From positions 868,001 through 932,000 of the forward strand of contig NW_024704742.1 in NCBI RefSeq assembly GCF_018977255.1: a stretch of 64,000 nucleotides of DNA, in the 5' to 3' direction. The stretch comes from Callorhinchus milii. Its lineage: Eukaryota. The position numbers and the translations under genes were made by a program. Of the stretch, positions 10,446 through 23,587 are shown one piece after another. The notes under the pieces are model-generated. The model ran no database searches. It was not told the DNA's origin and saw only the letters and a program-made list of their open reading frames with translations. Position 1 is the stretch's first letter. Each line of letters opens with the position of its first letter.

Positions 10446-11279
10446 TGGCCTCCCATGTACTGAACTTGTGAATAAATTGGAAGCGAATCTGAAGCATATC
10501 AGGGCCTCTCTCATGTAAGATTCAATCTGCACAGTCTCATGGGGGCAGAAGGTCTTAAGGTGGGAGTTAAAGATAAATAAAGGGGAACCAGTGAGGCAGA
10601 GGCATTGAGGCAGGGAATCTATTATGTGGAGATTGGGAGTAAAAATGCGTTATGTGCTAATTATCACAAGGACAGAAAATAAGGTCATTTTGCATTGTTA
10701 ACAACCTACCATTAAGATCAGGTTTGGGACTCATTCTACCCCCATGTGTGATTTACAGGGAATGGATTCTGCCTCCAGCCCTTGTTGAGCTGATTTGCTG
10801 CCATCATAGATATAAGTATGGAGGACGGAATCTTTTATTTGATTCCTAATCACTCCGACCACATTTTAACTTAAAAAAAATCTGTTTGAAAAATTACTTT
10901 TAGGTCACATCTGGTGAGGAAGTGTAAAATCTGTATTCTCCATGGCCCGATGAAGGATTTTCCCCAGCCCCATGTGCTGATAATTATCACATCACATATC
11001 GCATTCCCTACGCAGTATTTATTTATTAGCTGAAGGTCCGTCAGATTGCCTCTCTCTCCTCTGCTGTGTTCTTGGCTGGTCCAAAGGAAGGGGATACAAT
11101 CTTAAATTTTGTGCTGTACCTGTGAGACGTGAATTCAGAAGACGGGATGAAAATGTTGGCATTTTATATTGCGTTCCTTGTGATATGTTATGAAATGCCG
11201 CAAACTTCAACCCAACATTTCTTCAAATGAAGCATTGTAAGAACATGCAATTCAACTGTCTAAAAGGCAGAATCAAGAG

Positions 11280-11610
11280 GCCTACCCTGACCCGGCTCCA
11301 CTGGCTCCCCATCCCCCTGAGGATAGAGTTCAAAATCCCCATCCTCGCCTTCAAAGCCCTCCACCACCTTACTCCTTCCTACTGCTGTGACTCCGGCCTT
11401 CTCTATGTTCCCCGCCCGGCCCGCCCCACCTCATCAGCAGTCGGGCCTTCAGCCTCTTTGCCCCTACCCTTTGGAACTCCATCCCACAGTCCCTTCGCCT
11501 CACTCCCTCCCTTGCCTCCATCAAGGCATGTCTCAAAATCCTCCTCTTTGACCGCACCTTCGGTCACCCTCCTATTCATATCCTCCTTGCCCTCCACCCC
11601 TCCTATACCA
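11280..11610 (+). mobile_element. L2 LINE ORF2 C-terminal fragment
   Basis: Translates PTLTRLHWLPIPLRIEFKIPILAFKALHHLTPSY, the L2 LHWLP..RI.FKI motif; frameshifted downstream. Confidence 0.9.
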
Positions 11611-11619
11611 ACCCCCGCG

Positions 11620-11772
11620 ACAACCAGGATCGTAGAAGGCGAACTAGATGGATCTTGGTCTTCTTTCGTCTAGCATTTCCTATGATCCTATGATGTGCAA
11701 AATAGAGATAGATGGATACTTGAGAAGTGATGCTGTTAAGAGGTATGGAGAAAAGGCAGGGAAATGGGATTA
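11620..11772 (+). mobile_element. CR1 3' end fragments
   Basis: GAACTAGATGGA...TTCCTATGATCCTATGA tail, then DGYLRSDAVKRYGEKAGKWD (CR1 ORF2 C-terminus). Confidence 0.7.
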
Positions 11773-13164
11773 CAATATACAGTATATCCTGTGAAGTGCT
11801 TTGAGATGTCTCGAGGACATGATAAGGCGTTATATTACATGCAAAGATTATTATTGTTATTAAAAGATCTGCCACAATCTCATAAGCTGGTAGAACAGGC
11901 TTGATAGGCTGAATGGCTTCCACCTGTTTCTATTGAGAAAAAGGAGTGGCAAAAAGTCACTCCTGCAGGGAACTGGGTTTCTGGATCTTGTGTCCTGCCA
12001 ACCTGTGGGAATTGTGTTCTGTTGCTGAGATATTTCCAGGGGTGCGTTGGGGGATAATTCCCTTAGGTCGTTGTAACACACATGTGGCTACCTTTATCAG
12101 GACTCCCTGTTAATACTGCATTTTCAGCCTCTTTGCGCCATTCACAATGGTACAGACCTTCAGCAGAGCTGGAACAGAATACTCTTACACGATCACCATT
12201 AAGTGCACTTTAGCTACACTGAATCCAGCGTCCGTGGTTTGGCAGCACAGTGTTTTGGTAATTTGCCACACAATATGTGGGTCTGGCTTCTACACCATTG
12301 AGGTAGGCGATGGACATAGACTCTTGTGCAACTTAAACCTGACACATAGCCGGGTGCCTGACACACTCGGAAACCTATCACCAGGCTGAAGGTTCTCCGA
12401 ACCAAACTAAGCGTTGGAAAATACGGCTTCTGTTTGTCTGATATGGTGTGGTATGGAGTGCGCTCTCACTTAGTGGAGGGATTCGCTCTGCTTGCCTGAT
12501 TCTGGAGAGTTTAGGTCCAGGATAGCTTGGGGAATCCCAGAGTGTGCATTATAGAAAAAGTGGCGGTGAGCTACAGGAATTATCAGATTAAGTTAAATCT
12601 TGTAGGACTTGGAATAAATCTTGAATAATACTACTGACTGCAATGTGAGACCTTAGGATGTGTAACATTGTTTGAGTGGGTGTATAGTATTCTATTAAGT
12701 TATTATATAAAGAGGTAAGGTATACTTCCAACTTATAATTACTAACACATTAGTATAGCAGTTTTTTTTAAAAAAAACTTGCTTATCACAATTTTTTCAT
12801 TGTAAACGCCGATTGAACATGTTCCTTGCAACACCATTGTGATATCCTCTAAGAAAGCAAGGGGAAGGAACAGGTCTGTATAGGCACTCCCTGGTTCCCA
12901 AAGGGAATCAAGAATATTCCTGAACATTCATCCAGATCCCTGTATCTCTGCTATTGAACTCTGATCTGCTTCCACAAACAGCCCCCTCCCCGCACAAGCC
13001 ACTCTGTCCTTTGGAATATTTGTTTACAAGTCAGCAACTCATCCCGACATCCTCCAATACTGCTTTCAAGCAGATTCTTATCCGGTTGATTTTTGAAAGG
13101 TTTGATCAATTTCACAACGGCTATTATTGACAGTCCGTTATACAAATCCGCACTCTGTAACAAT

Positions 13165-14220
13165 ACTAGGAGCAGAGGAAAACAGGAAAGGAAGGAGGCT
13201 GTTCAACCCATTGAACCTGTTTCTCCAGTTTATTAGATCTTGGCAGATTTTTAATCTTAATCCCTACCATTTTACCATACTCCTTAATACCTCTACTACT
13301 CAATTATATGTGTGTCAGCCTGGCACAGTGGTAGCACTCTCGCCTCTGAGTCAGAACAACAACAACAAAATGACCTGTATAGAGCGCCTTTCTCGTTGGG
13401 AGGACGTCCCAAAGCGCTGAACAGTCAGGTATCGGGCCCTGAGCGCAGGGGAGGGGTGGGGTAGGGGTGAGGGAAGGCAAAAAGGTTGAAGTCCAAGTCA
13501 GGACTTGGAATCACATAGTCTAAGCTGACATTCCAATGCAGTGTTGGTGGGGGGGTTGGTGTGGTGTTGTATTGTCAGAGGTGTCATCCTTTGATCTTTG
13601 GTCTTATCTACCTGTTCTGGTGGATGTTACAGATCCCTTGGTACTATTCGAAAAGAGAAGCGAGTTTCTCACAGCAAACATTCCCCCAAATAAAATTGGT
13701 TCACTCCCTCATGGCTGTTTGAGGGAGATTGCTGTGCGCAATTGGCTGCCATGTTTCACCCACAAAATACACAGCTAATCCACTTTATAGTATATCCGTG
13801 AAGCATTTTGAGATGTCTCAACAACGTGATAGGGCACTATATCACATGCAAGGATTATTATTATTATTATATATCCATCTCTCTTTTAAACATCCCTCTT
13901 GTTTCCTTCTCTACAACTTTCGGGACAGAGTATTGCACATCTTCACAACTTTCTGTGCGAAGAAAAGATTCATATCCTCAGTTCTGAATGAGTTGGTTAT
14001 AGTCTCCAGTAGCTTTTGAGGCTTGTTGATTTTGAGCTTAATTCTCTCTAGTTTTCAGTTCATGGCCTGTGAGAAACCTACTCATATCAAAATCAAATGC
14101 AAGGATAATCTATGCTACTCACCATTAATGCCTTTGATCATGACCCCATCAGTATTCCTTTCCAGGTGAATGTAAGTTCCTTTCTGAAAATCTCTCCTCA
14201 TAGGGTAGTATCTAGAAAAT
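13165..14220 (-). mobile_element. CR1 LINE 3' fragment interrupted by a Deu-SINE
   Basis: CR1-like sequence on both sides of 13311-13870 is colinear with the CR1 at 63128-63520. Confidence 0.65.
13311..13870 (+). mobile_element. Deu-domain SINE, full length, with nested L2 tail (13355-13482, minus)
   Basis: TGTGTCAGCCTGG...GGTAGCACTCTCGCCTCTGAGTCAGA head, Deu core and (ATT)n tail. Confidence 0.88.
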
Positions 14221-14834
14221 TGGTGGAAAACTTGCCAGTGTTCACAATGACAAGCTGCATTATATTAGTTGGTTAAACTCTCACAGAACCCCTATACCCT
14301 GGAGTTCCCAAGCCTTGGCTCTTGACAACATATACTCTCCAGCATTAGCTAAGTGTTCCATGCCAGACAAATGGAACATTCCACACATATAAGGAACTCT
14401 CCGTAGTTAGGGCTGAGATACTTTTAACCATGCAATAGGTTTCTGTCTGTCTGTATCAAATACATGGCTGACTAAAAAAAATACAAAGGAGGTCTTTAGC
14501 CAGCTGTCTCTTCAAACACGGTGCCCTGTTGGCAAGATAAAAATATCCCCAAATAAACACAAAAAAGGAAAAAAAAGACATGCTGAAGTGCACGCGATGA
14601 GTGACTGTCCTTGGTTACATTTCAAAGCCCCTATGATTGCAATTTACATTTTTGCTGTAGGAAGAATTTGGATTGTTTGCTTAAAATCCTTCGCAATTTT
14701 TTAAAAAAAAGTTTATTTTGACAGGATCTTAGTGTCAGGACTGAAGAGGGTAAAGAAGAGAATGAAGGTTTGTTCAACGCTGATCTAATCAGGCTCGGGA
14801 AACCTTGCAATTTGCACTAGTGGGAGGGTCGGGT

Positions 14835-15140
14835 TTCACGTTGGGAGGACATCCCAAGGCACTGAAAAGTTAGGGATTAGGACCCGAGCAGGGGTAGGGA
14901 GGGGTTGGGATCAGGGAGGATGGAAGGTAGAGAGGGTTAGAGGTGGCCAAAGGCACGGTCGAAGAAGAGGGTCTTGAGACATGCCTTGAAGGAGGCAAGG
15001 GAGGGAATGAGGCGTAGGGAATGTGGGGTGGAGTTCCAGAGGGTGGGGTTACAGAGGCTGAAGGTCCAACTGCCAATGGGCCAGGCAGGGGACATGCAGC
15101 AGGCTGGAGCCTGCTGAGCGGAGGGAGCGGACAGATTGAT
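14835..15140 (-). mobile_element. L2 LINE 3' fragment
   Basis: Minus frame gives PYQSVRSLRSAGSSLLHVP and FKACLKTLFFD, followed by the L2 tail. Confidence 0.85.
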
Positions 15141-15149
15141 AAGGGTTTA

Positions 15150-15410
15150 ATAATGTGTGGTAACTGTGCATTTTGTAGGCAAATACAGAAGCCAATTTGC
15201 ACACAGCAATGTCCCATAAACAGCCATGAAGTAGATGACTACATTTTTTATCTGGGGATTGTTGGCCAGGACACCAGGAGAAATTCCCTTTGTTTTGTTT
15301 CGAAAAGTGCCATAGGATCTTTAACGTCCGGCTGAAGAGGCAGAGAGGAACTCGGTTTAACATCTCACACTCCCAGGACAACCCCAGCACTGCAATGGAG
15401 AGTCAGTTCT
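15150..15410 (-). mobile_element. Deu-domain SINE (partial)
   Basis: GGGGATTGTTGGCCAGGACACCAGGAGAAA...GGATCTTTAACGTCC...CTCGGTTTAACATCTCA. Confidence 0.8.
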
Positions 15411-15838
15411 GTCATGGGGCCAAAGAATAGGTTTTCAGAAGAGAATTGAAGATGGTGAGAGAGGAGGGTACAATTTGCAGGGATTTGGGGGACGGAGTTT
15501 AATGGAGGGAAGGTACAGTGGCCGAAAAATACAGCAATTGGAGGAATGGCAGGGGTGAAGGACCCACAGCAGGCCTAAGAGGCAGGCTGAATAGTTGGAG
15601 AGCATCCAGGATTAATTTCGTGGGGAAATATTTGGGTGAGTGAAATAGGTGTTGCAATGGAAATTTCCAGATGGACAGTAAATGCTTTAACCATTACAAA
15701 AGCGCAATAGATCTGAAACCTTTAAAGTAGTGCAGCCAGTTTCTGCCTTTGTGCCTCTTGACCATGCATGAAAGTATGTGTTCACAGTACATGATCACTG
15801 GGTTTTTGAAACTTGCTGGTTTCTGTGGTATAAAGGCT

Positions 15839-16087
15839 GGGGTTAGAAGCTCAAATTCCACCTGGGTCAAGATATTCTTTATTAAAACGTAGCGTTTCAG
15901 AGCGCGCAGAATTTGTCAAACACATAAATTCAGTCTTTAATTTTCAAGGCAATTTTTGCAAGTTTGTTCAAGAACTACAGAGAATGGGCTTCACAGTCAA
16001 AACTGAATGTAACAATTTGCCAAATTCCTCACGCTCTGAAACGCTATGCTAATAGAGTAAATCTAGACCGAGGTGGAATCTCTACCC
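15839..16087. mobile_element. Palindromic MITE, family A (PIF/Harbinger-like termini)
   Basis: About 70-bp imperfect inverted arms (ATTCCACCTGGGTCAAGAT...TAGCGTTTCAGAGCG / CGCTCTGAAACGCTA...ATCTAGACCGAGGTGGAAT). A second copy lies at 41587-41786. Confidence 0.75.
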
Positions 16088-16511
16088 ACATGTTGGTTAA
16101 TTCTGCAGAATAGTGACATTACTGCCCATGGACATTAAGCGTCGACGAATTAACCTTGTTTTCCACTTACAAAATAAAGTATAATTTAGCATTTTCATGT
16201 AGCTGCCCTGGTGGTAAGTTAAACCATGTGCTGGAATGTTACATGGACTCATCAAATTAAACAGTTCAACCACTACAAATGAAGCACTTGACCTCTGTTA
16301 ATGGCCCTGACTTACATTGGGCTGGTGATGACTGAAGGGAAATCCTTAACACCACAAATGTGCAAGGTATATTCCAGAGACCTGGAGCTTTGTCTTGAAG
16401 GAAAAGAGATCATTTTAAACAATTTGCGAGCTTCCAAGGGCTGTGCTACGTGAAGCAAGTGGACACTGAAATATCTGGACTAAAACTGCCCATAGTTGAA
16501 ACCTAAATATA

Positions 16512-16934
16512 CAATAATCCTCGCATTTTTCTGTACACTTTATCACGTCATTAAGATATCTTGAAGCACTTCACAGGATATACTGTGAGCTGATGTGACT
16601 ATTTGTATTTTGGTGGACGGATGTGCCAATTTGTGCACAGCAATGTCTCACAAACAGCCATGGAATGAATGAACAATTTTATTGGGGGGAAATTGTTCAC
16701 CAGAATCGATTTCCTTTTCTTTTTGAATAGTGCCATGAATTAATGCCCACCTGAACGGGCAGATAGGACCTTGGTTTAATGTTTCATCTGACGGATGGCA
16801 CCTCTTACCCATCCCTAGCACTGCGTTGAAGTGTTAGCTAACACTGAATGACTTCCAAGCCCTGACTTAGGGCTTTAATCCACAACCTACTGACTCAGAA
16901 ACGAGAGAACTACCAACTGAGCCAGCGTGACACA
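16512..16934 (-). mobile_element. Deu-domain SINE, near full length
   Basis: Tail, Deu core and tRNA-like head are all present. Confidence 0.85.
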
Positions 16935-18012
16935 GTTCAAACTATTTTAAGAGAGATGCACTGGTCTGCAGAGAGCAACTTTAAAGAGGCGTGTGTTGAG
17001 ACTGAAGGTAGACACTCCAAACAGAATGAGAGATAGTGTTAGTTTCCACCTCACAAGCAATGAAAATCTGATGAATTTGGAATGTTTTGTTTTACATTCC
17101 ACATTATATCATGTTATTCACTGTAAAGCTATACCAAGTGTATAATGTCAGTTAATATTTTTTTTGGTTAAGGCGGGTGTCTGACTCGTGTAAACCCATC
17201 ACTATGCTTAAGAGTGTCCAAACCAAACTACTAAAACCGCAGAACTTGCCAATACAAAAACTGTCTGGCAATCTTTCACCCACTTGTTGAGCTAGGACCT
17301 TCCTACCCATTACCCATTACCCAATTTTTGGTTTGGAGGGTGGAGAAGAGTTAAGTGGAAAGAATCGCTGCCCCCAGTGACTGATATACCTAGCAATAAT
17401 CCTTGAACTTGATATGCATTTTATTTGGGGAATTTGATGGCCAGGACAGAGCAGACACTCCCATCGCTTTCCAAACAGCTCGATGGTCAGCTTCAGACCT
17501 GACTTGGGCAACTATCGCTTTGGTCGAACCTTTGCTTATTGCTAGTCCTCTGATCTAATCCAAGCAGCAGTAAACAGGAACACAGTTGCTATGGAATCCA
17601 GCATCCTAAACAACAAGATTTTATCAGGGACCTCTTAAGTACAGTACTCAGATCTGCTTTTCAGCATAGTTTAGCTGTTAACTCATTGCTATCTCCATAG
17701 TCTTAAAGAGTGAATAAGGTCCAGTGAGTTCTAGTCATCACAGTACCCTGTCTAAGTAGATTTAGGTGGGAAAAGTATATTTGCCTTTATTATTAGGAAC
17801 ATTTTTATTTGTTTTCGAAATCATGATTTTTATATACAGTAAATGGAGAAGGACTATTTAAATTGATCAACAAATCATTAACAAAAATTAATATATTGAA
17901 GTTTAGCTCGAGAAGAAAAAGAACTAATTTGAGAATGCCTTACTGCATATGTTTGTTGAAGTTGAGTCCATAACTGTGTCTAAAAGGGCATTAGATTAAT
18001 AAAATACATTTT

Positions 18013-18372
18013 TAATAATAATCCTTACATCAGGAGGACAACTCAGAGTGCTTGTGCTTCACGGTATTTGTAGTGTATTGATTGTGTATTTAATAGGCAG
18101 CCAATTTTGCACACAGCAATGACCCAAAACAGTGTGGAAGTGAATGATCAATTCTATCTGGGGATTGTTGGCCAGGACACTGGGGAAATCTCCCTTCTCA
18201 TTGTGAATAGTGCCAATGGATCTTTAACATCCACCTCAACCAACAGGAGGTGGTTATAAATCAATGTCTCACCTGAAGGATGGCACCTCCAACAATATAG
18301 TCCTTCCTCAAGACATGGGGCTTGAATCCACAGCCTCAGAAGTTCGAGTGCTACTAACTGAGTCAGGCGGAG
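18013..18372 (-). mobile_element. Deu-domain SINE inserted into a CR1 3' end (17930-18000 and 18375-18510, +)
   Basis: Deu core at 18155-18295; the flanks form a CR1 C-terminus and tail ending CTCTATGATTCCTT. Confidence 0.75.
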
Positions 18373-18512
18373 ACCCAAGAAAACATAATAAAGGGTCCGG
18401 GGAAAGAACAAGGGAATAGGATTAAAATAGCCCCACAGGGAGAGCCAGCACCAACACAGACTTAGACCAAAATAGTCCCTTTCTGAGCAGTAAATACTCT
18501 ATGATTCCTTGT

Positions 18513-18747
18513 ATAATAATAATAATAATAATAAAAATTCTTGCATTTGATATAGCGCTTTTCACGTCTTCTGGATGTCTCAAAGCGCTTCACAGAATAT
18601 ACTGTAAAGTGAATTGACTGTATATTTGTGGGCGAACGCGGCAGCCAATTGCACACAGCAGTGTCCCCACAAACAGTCATGGATTTAAAATGTCCAATTT
18701 ATTATTGTTTCTTGTTTTGGAGGGATTATTATTAGGCTCTGTGTGGA
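18513..18747 (-). mobile_element. Young SINE, 5'-truncated, short subfamily
   Basis: Near-identical to 8128-8350. Confidence 0.9.
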
Positions 18748-18753
18748 ATATAA

Positions 18754-18912
18754 GGTCTAAAATGCAAGGTTTCTATCAGGATTCTTTAATGAGGTGTCCG
18801 AGCTGCACAGGTGTAGTTCCCAACACCAATTCCAGAAATTCCCAGGGATGGCAAGGATTTCTAATATGATTCTGCATTAAGGAAAGCCATAAGAAATCCT
18901 GCATTTTAGCCC
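18754..18912. mobile_element. Small MITE, family B
   Basis: About 38-bp imperfect TIRs: GGTCTAAAATGCAAGGTTTCT...CTTTAATG / CATTAAGG...AGAAATCCTGCATTTTAGCCC. Preceded by TAA. Confidence 0.6.
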
Positions 18913-20654
18913 ATGGAAGCTAACACACACAACATGGATTACACAAATTCGCAAACCATGTTTTTCGTCATATTGTTTTAGATCAATGCTCTGAGCAACA
19001 ATCTAGTTTAAGGTCCAGAAGAAGCAGCTGATGAAATATTCTCAGATACTGTAAAGTCTTAAGTTTTACATTTATAAATCAGTTTTTTGTGTCTGTTCAG
19101 GTGACTGATCGGCGTTCAAACCCAGGCCATGCTTCTTCTGAAGATATTGCCGTTGTTGTGTCCGAGGAAGAGAGGAAGTGGCAACAGCAGAGGAAGAGGT
19201 GGGGGAAGGCACCACTGATGTGAAATACCTTCCATTACTGAAGGAGCACAGACAGCCACAACCGGCAAAACGGAAAGCGTGGAAGGTCCACGACCCATCA
19301 ATTGGACAACCAGCATGAGGAATTAGTTGCACTCAAAAGCATAATGACACAGATCTGTCACAACAGTCAGGAGTTGTTCTCTAGGTGTCCACTTGGTTCA
19401 ATAGGTAGCACTCTGAGGTATGCTGGGGGTTATCCAGCTAAACCAGAGTGGGGTTCTTGGGGGGAATCTAGCAGCTGGCTATACTTTCGGTTACCGGAAG
19501 GAGTCACCCTTTTGTAATTCAATCATTATTAAAGAATTTTTTTGCTAAAAGGTCCCGTTTTAAACCCCCAATACGATTTCGGCATCAACGTTTGCAGATG
19601 TGAAAGCAATTTGAGGTCTCTTAATTCTGTTCAATTTGCTGCAAACCTGCTCTCTCAGTGCTATACTTCAGCGGGCTGGAGCAGGCCTTGGCACATGTCT
19701 GGTCTCCACACTGCCCATCTGAGTGTAATTTGAACAGAAGGAAACACTGATTGATTACCTCTTTCCGCTTTAATCACCCGAAGACCGATTGACTGTGCGG
19801 CACATTCTTTAATCAGCCGGCAATTTATGCTCTTGGTATTTTAGAAATGTCAGCTACTTCAAAGCCCATTTGTTGTGCTGCTTCATACAACAGTTGCTGA
19901 ATGGAGATCATTGGGATTTTCATGGCTTTAGGAAAGATTACCTTCCGTATATTTCAGACGGTGCAAGACACTGAGGGGATGTTTGTTCTCTATGCGGTTT
20001 GCCTTGGTTTTGATTTGGTTTCAGCTCCATTACGGACATTCACACCGACCTCATCCTTGCTTCCGAACGGGTCATATCTGCCATTTCTGGTGCTGTGTCC
20101 TTAGTTGACTTGTCAACATGCTTGGTGAGGCCTTGTGAGGCACAGCCTCTGCAGTAAAACCATTAAAAGCATGGATGGTGCTTTGTTTGAGCAGAATTAC
20201 CATGCTTGGATGAAGAACCCTGTGGTACCCATTTTGGCAGATGAAAATGTTTACCACATAATGGTCACAAAATAGCCCGAGGAACGTCAGCCAGCACTTA
20301 TAGTACACTGAAACATAGGAACAGTTTTGGAAAGAATCAGATGCGGTGTAACGGTTTGAAGAACACCACTGCAATTCTTTAACTCTTAAGTTCAATAATT
20401 ACATCTTCACCAAAAAATCTAACCAGCTGCCTTTTGAACTTGCCATTATTTATTACAATTATTATGACTGCTTATCATCGATGTGATAAAGCGTGACATC
20501 AAAAGCAAGGAATATTATTATTATTGTTATGATAAGTAGTAAAATGGTCAAAAACTACTCAGTTTCCCTCTCCTGAGCCTTGTTCCCCCTGTTACAGAGT
20601 TACGGTTATGTCAAACCTCTTATTATTTGAGTTTGGCTTATTTCTACCCTTCAG

Positions 20655-20898
20655 AATCCTGAAACTTCAACAAGATCCAACAATAGCTCTGCCCTCGCTC
20701 TGGTTATCTGTTGACAGTCGACCAAATTGTAAAATTCCTAGAAGTTTTGACTCCGGCACCACAGAAATGGAGGCATTGAAATGCTGCAGATTCCAGTGAC
20801 ATAGCGATGAGTTGGCGGGCGCCATCAAACCAGACTCCTCATTGCTGAAGTGGTGGAAGGCATGCGGAGCAAGATAAAGATACTTTCTTTCTTCTCTT
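20655..20898 (+). other. Candidate exon (possibly 5' UTR or non-coding)
   Basis: Good acceptor TTTCTACCCTTCAG| and donor |GTAAGT bracket 244 bp of unique sequence. Every frame contains stops. Confidence 0.2.
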
Positions 20899-21025
20899 GT
20901 AAGTCAAGTGCAGTCACCCAACGTGACTTACCTTTGCAGCACGACACACTTCTTCTAATATGCTCCATCACATCACACCTCTCCTGAGTTCGAATCCACT
21001 CCATTATATTTTAACTATATATACA

Positions 21026-21378
21026 GAGGAGTCCTGCAGCTTAGCGGTTAGCGTAACTGCCTCGCAATCAAGCGGACCTGGGTTCGATTCCTGGGAACGT
21101 TGAGCAAGTTTTGTTGCTCCACACCACGCCTGTGTTTACCTAGCAGCAAGTAGGAACCCGGTGGTTAGTCGATTGGCGGATCGCTTTTCCGGGAAAAATA
21201 GTCCCTGAATAAAATAATAATGATAATTTGATCACTCAATCCATGACTGTTTGGGACATGAATGTGCACAATTGGCTGCCGCGTTTCGCGCACAAAATAT
21301 CCTGTCAATTCACTTTGCAGTGAATCCTGTGAGGAGCTTTGAGATGTCTCGAAGATGTGATAAGGCGTTATATTTGCG
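21026..21378 (+). mobile_element. tRNA-Ala SINE, full length, long subfamily
   Basis: GGAGTCCTGCAGCTTAGCGGTTAG...GGGTTCGATTCC head, CORE-like middle and shared tail. Confidence 0.88.
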
Positions 21379-21540
21379 TTATATTTTCTGGCCTCAAATA
21401 AAAAATAGCCGGGCACTATAATGGGACGATGCAAAGTAGGAAAAGACCAAATGTGTCTTTCTCATCCAAACCACACTTGGGATTCAAACTCTGCAGCACG
21501 GTGCAGCTATTTTTTATGATGGTTTCACCTGCACAAAACA

Positions 21541-21735
21541 TTACGATACAAATTTACACCCATATATAGCACCTTTCACATCAGGAGGACGTCCCAAGGT
21601 GCTGGACAGTCCAGGGTTTGGACCCGAGCTGGGGTGAGGGCCGAGGGGGTGAGGGAGGGATAGATGTTTGAAAGCCCGGTCAAAGAGGAAGGTCTTGAGG
21701 CGGACCTTGAAGGAGGCGAGGGAAGCGGCGAGTGA
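21541..21735 (-). mobile_element. L2 LINE 3' end
   Basis: Minus ORF reads SLASFKVRLKTFLFDRAF, followed by the stem-loop tail. Confidence 0.88.
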
Positions 21736-22699
21736 AAGAGAGCATAGGATCCACAAGTCAGTGGAGGATGTTCATTAACTCAACGCCGCATTTCCATATT
21801 CATGGATGCAATCCATGCAATCGTCACTTGATCATCTTGAGATCAGATACAGAGGAGCCACGTGCAAGGCTTTTCCGAAACCGAATGTAAATTCCACGTC
21901 CAGCATATTTCCGCACGAGCATATCTCAGTCACAGAGTAACTAGGGAGAAGTGTGCAGCCTGCATTACCTGCTCACATAAAAAGGATGGAGGTTGCATGC
22001 ACAGGCAAGATTGCTGACACTGTTCTGCCAATAACGGGTTGACGTTTTTGAATGAAGAATTTTAATGTGATTTGTAACAGGCTGCGAAATTTCCGTAGTT
22101 TATTGTGAAATATAGAAATTGTACACAGATCCGATTGTTTAGTGCTGGGAGAAGCAGGATCATTCACCAAAGTTGTGCAGCTCAGGATTTTGGCATCGGT
22201 CGAAGAAAATAAAACCGATGAAGTATTGCAGTGTATGGGTGTCACGTAAGGAGGGCAATTGAGACTTCAGGCATTTACTGCACCATAAAATAGGTTCACT
22301 TAAAGGGCCACTGCATCCACAAAAACAATCTAGTAAACCTGGCAAAGAGCACAAGCAAAAAAAGTATACCTCAGTGATTTAAGCTACTTACATACAGATC
22401 GCTTAGCATCGCAAAATAGGCCACATCATGTTGTTTGTTTGTATAAACGCACATTTAATGGAGTAATGAACTAAATATAGGGTTAATTGATTGGGGAGGG
22501 GAGACCCGAATGAGACACAACAAAAATAATTTCTGGTGATCTGTTAGTTTAACTACACAAAAATGCACAGACACTCCATTTTACAGCAAAGCCTCTAAAG
22601 CTCTTTGACACATCCTCTCGATGTGAAAGGCGCTATATCAAATGCAAGTATAAATATTATTATAGTCTGAATCTCCAATGTTTGGGGATTTTAATGGGT

Positions 22700-22975
22700 C
22701 TTGCCTCTTCATGTTCTCTTTGGCTCATTGATGCTGTAAGGATTCTCTGCATTCCTGATTTCCTCAAGAAACACTCCACTTACACTCAACTGTGGCTCCA
22801 AATGTGGCTTGAAATCCAGTTCTGAAAGTGCAGTACAGTCACAAGACTAACTCATAAACTCTCTGAAGCCTCAACAATTTGTCCAGCCCGTCTCTGGTTT
22901 CATGAGGACTCAGCTGCAGTTCAGCTCAGTCTCCCGTATCTTGTGATTGTTGTGATGCTGCACAGTGCCATCTGA
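22700..22975 (+). mobile_element. Possible highly decayed PIF/Harbinger transposase fragment
   Basis: With frameshifts the sequence yields LHV..GS.(H)DA, IP, WL..P, LK..F, LQFS..VSRI.V...MLH, in the order expected for a HARBI1-like DDE C-terminus. Confidence 0.3.
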
Positions 22976-23174
22976 GGCAACACGTGCAATTGTACTTTAT
23001 AACAATTGTACTTCAACACAATCAGCATATCACGCTGCAACTTCTCAAATTCACATGTGTTCGATCCGACTGGGTCAGAACGGGTATTACCTGGGAATCA
23101 AACAGACCAAAGGCCCCAAATTCCACCCAGCCTTATTCTGGAAGACCATTTTAAGATTTGGGATGATGCAATAT

Positions 23175-23587
23175 GGCTGACACCCTATTGCAGGGCTGGG
23201 GGTTGCTCTGCATTGCCAGAGGTGCCGTCCTTCGCATGAGATGTTAAGCCAAGATCCCGTCTGCATGTGCGGGTGGATGTTAAAGAGGCCGCAACACTAT
23301 TTGGAAAGAGTAGGGCATTTCTCCCGGTGTCCTGGCTAACAATGCCCCCAAATACACAACAACAACAACAGCAAATTACATTCGTATAGTGTCTTTCATG
23401 TCAGGAGGACGTCGCAAGGCACCGAATAAATAAACCAAAACAAAATTGCTCATTCATTTCATGGCTCTCTGTGGGACATTCCTTTGCGGAAATGAGCTGC
23501 CAAAGTCACTCCATTTCCTAGTAAATTCTGTAAAGCGTTTTGAGACGTCCTCCCGACTCGATCAAATGAAGGGATTATTTATTATAA
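23175..23587 (+). mobile_element. Deu-domain SINE (headless) with nested L2 tail (~23355-23425, minus)
   Basis: GAGGTGCCGTCCTTCGCATGAGATGTTAAGCCAAGATCCCGTCTG core plus tail. Confidence 0.85.

Noticed and set aside
19100..19390. Exon or Harbinger Myb/SANT remnant after the TTTTTTGTGTCTGTTCAG acceptor
   Set aside because: The frames checked hit stops, no donor or domain motif is recognisable, and the evidence is too weak.
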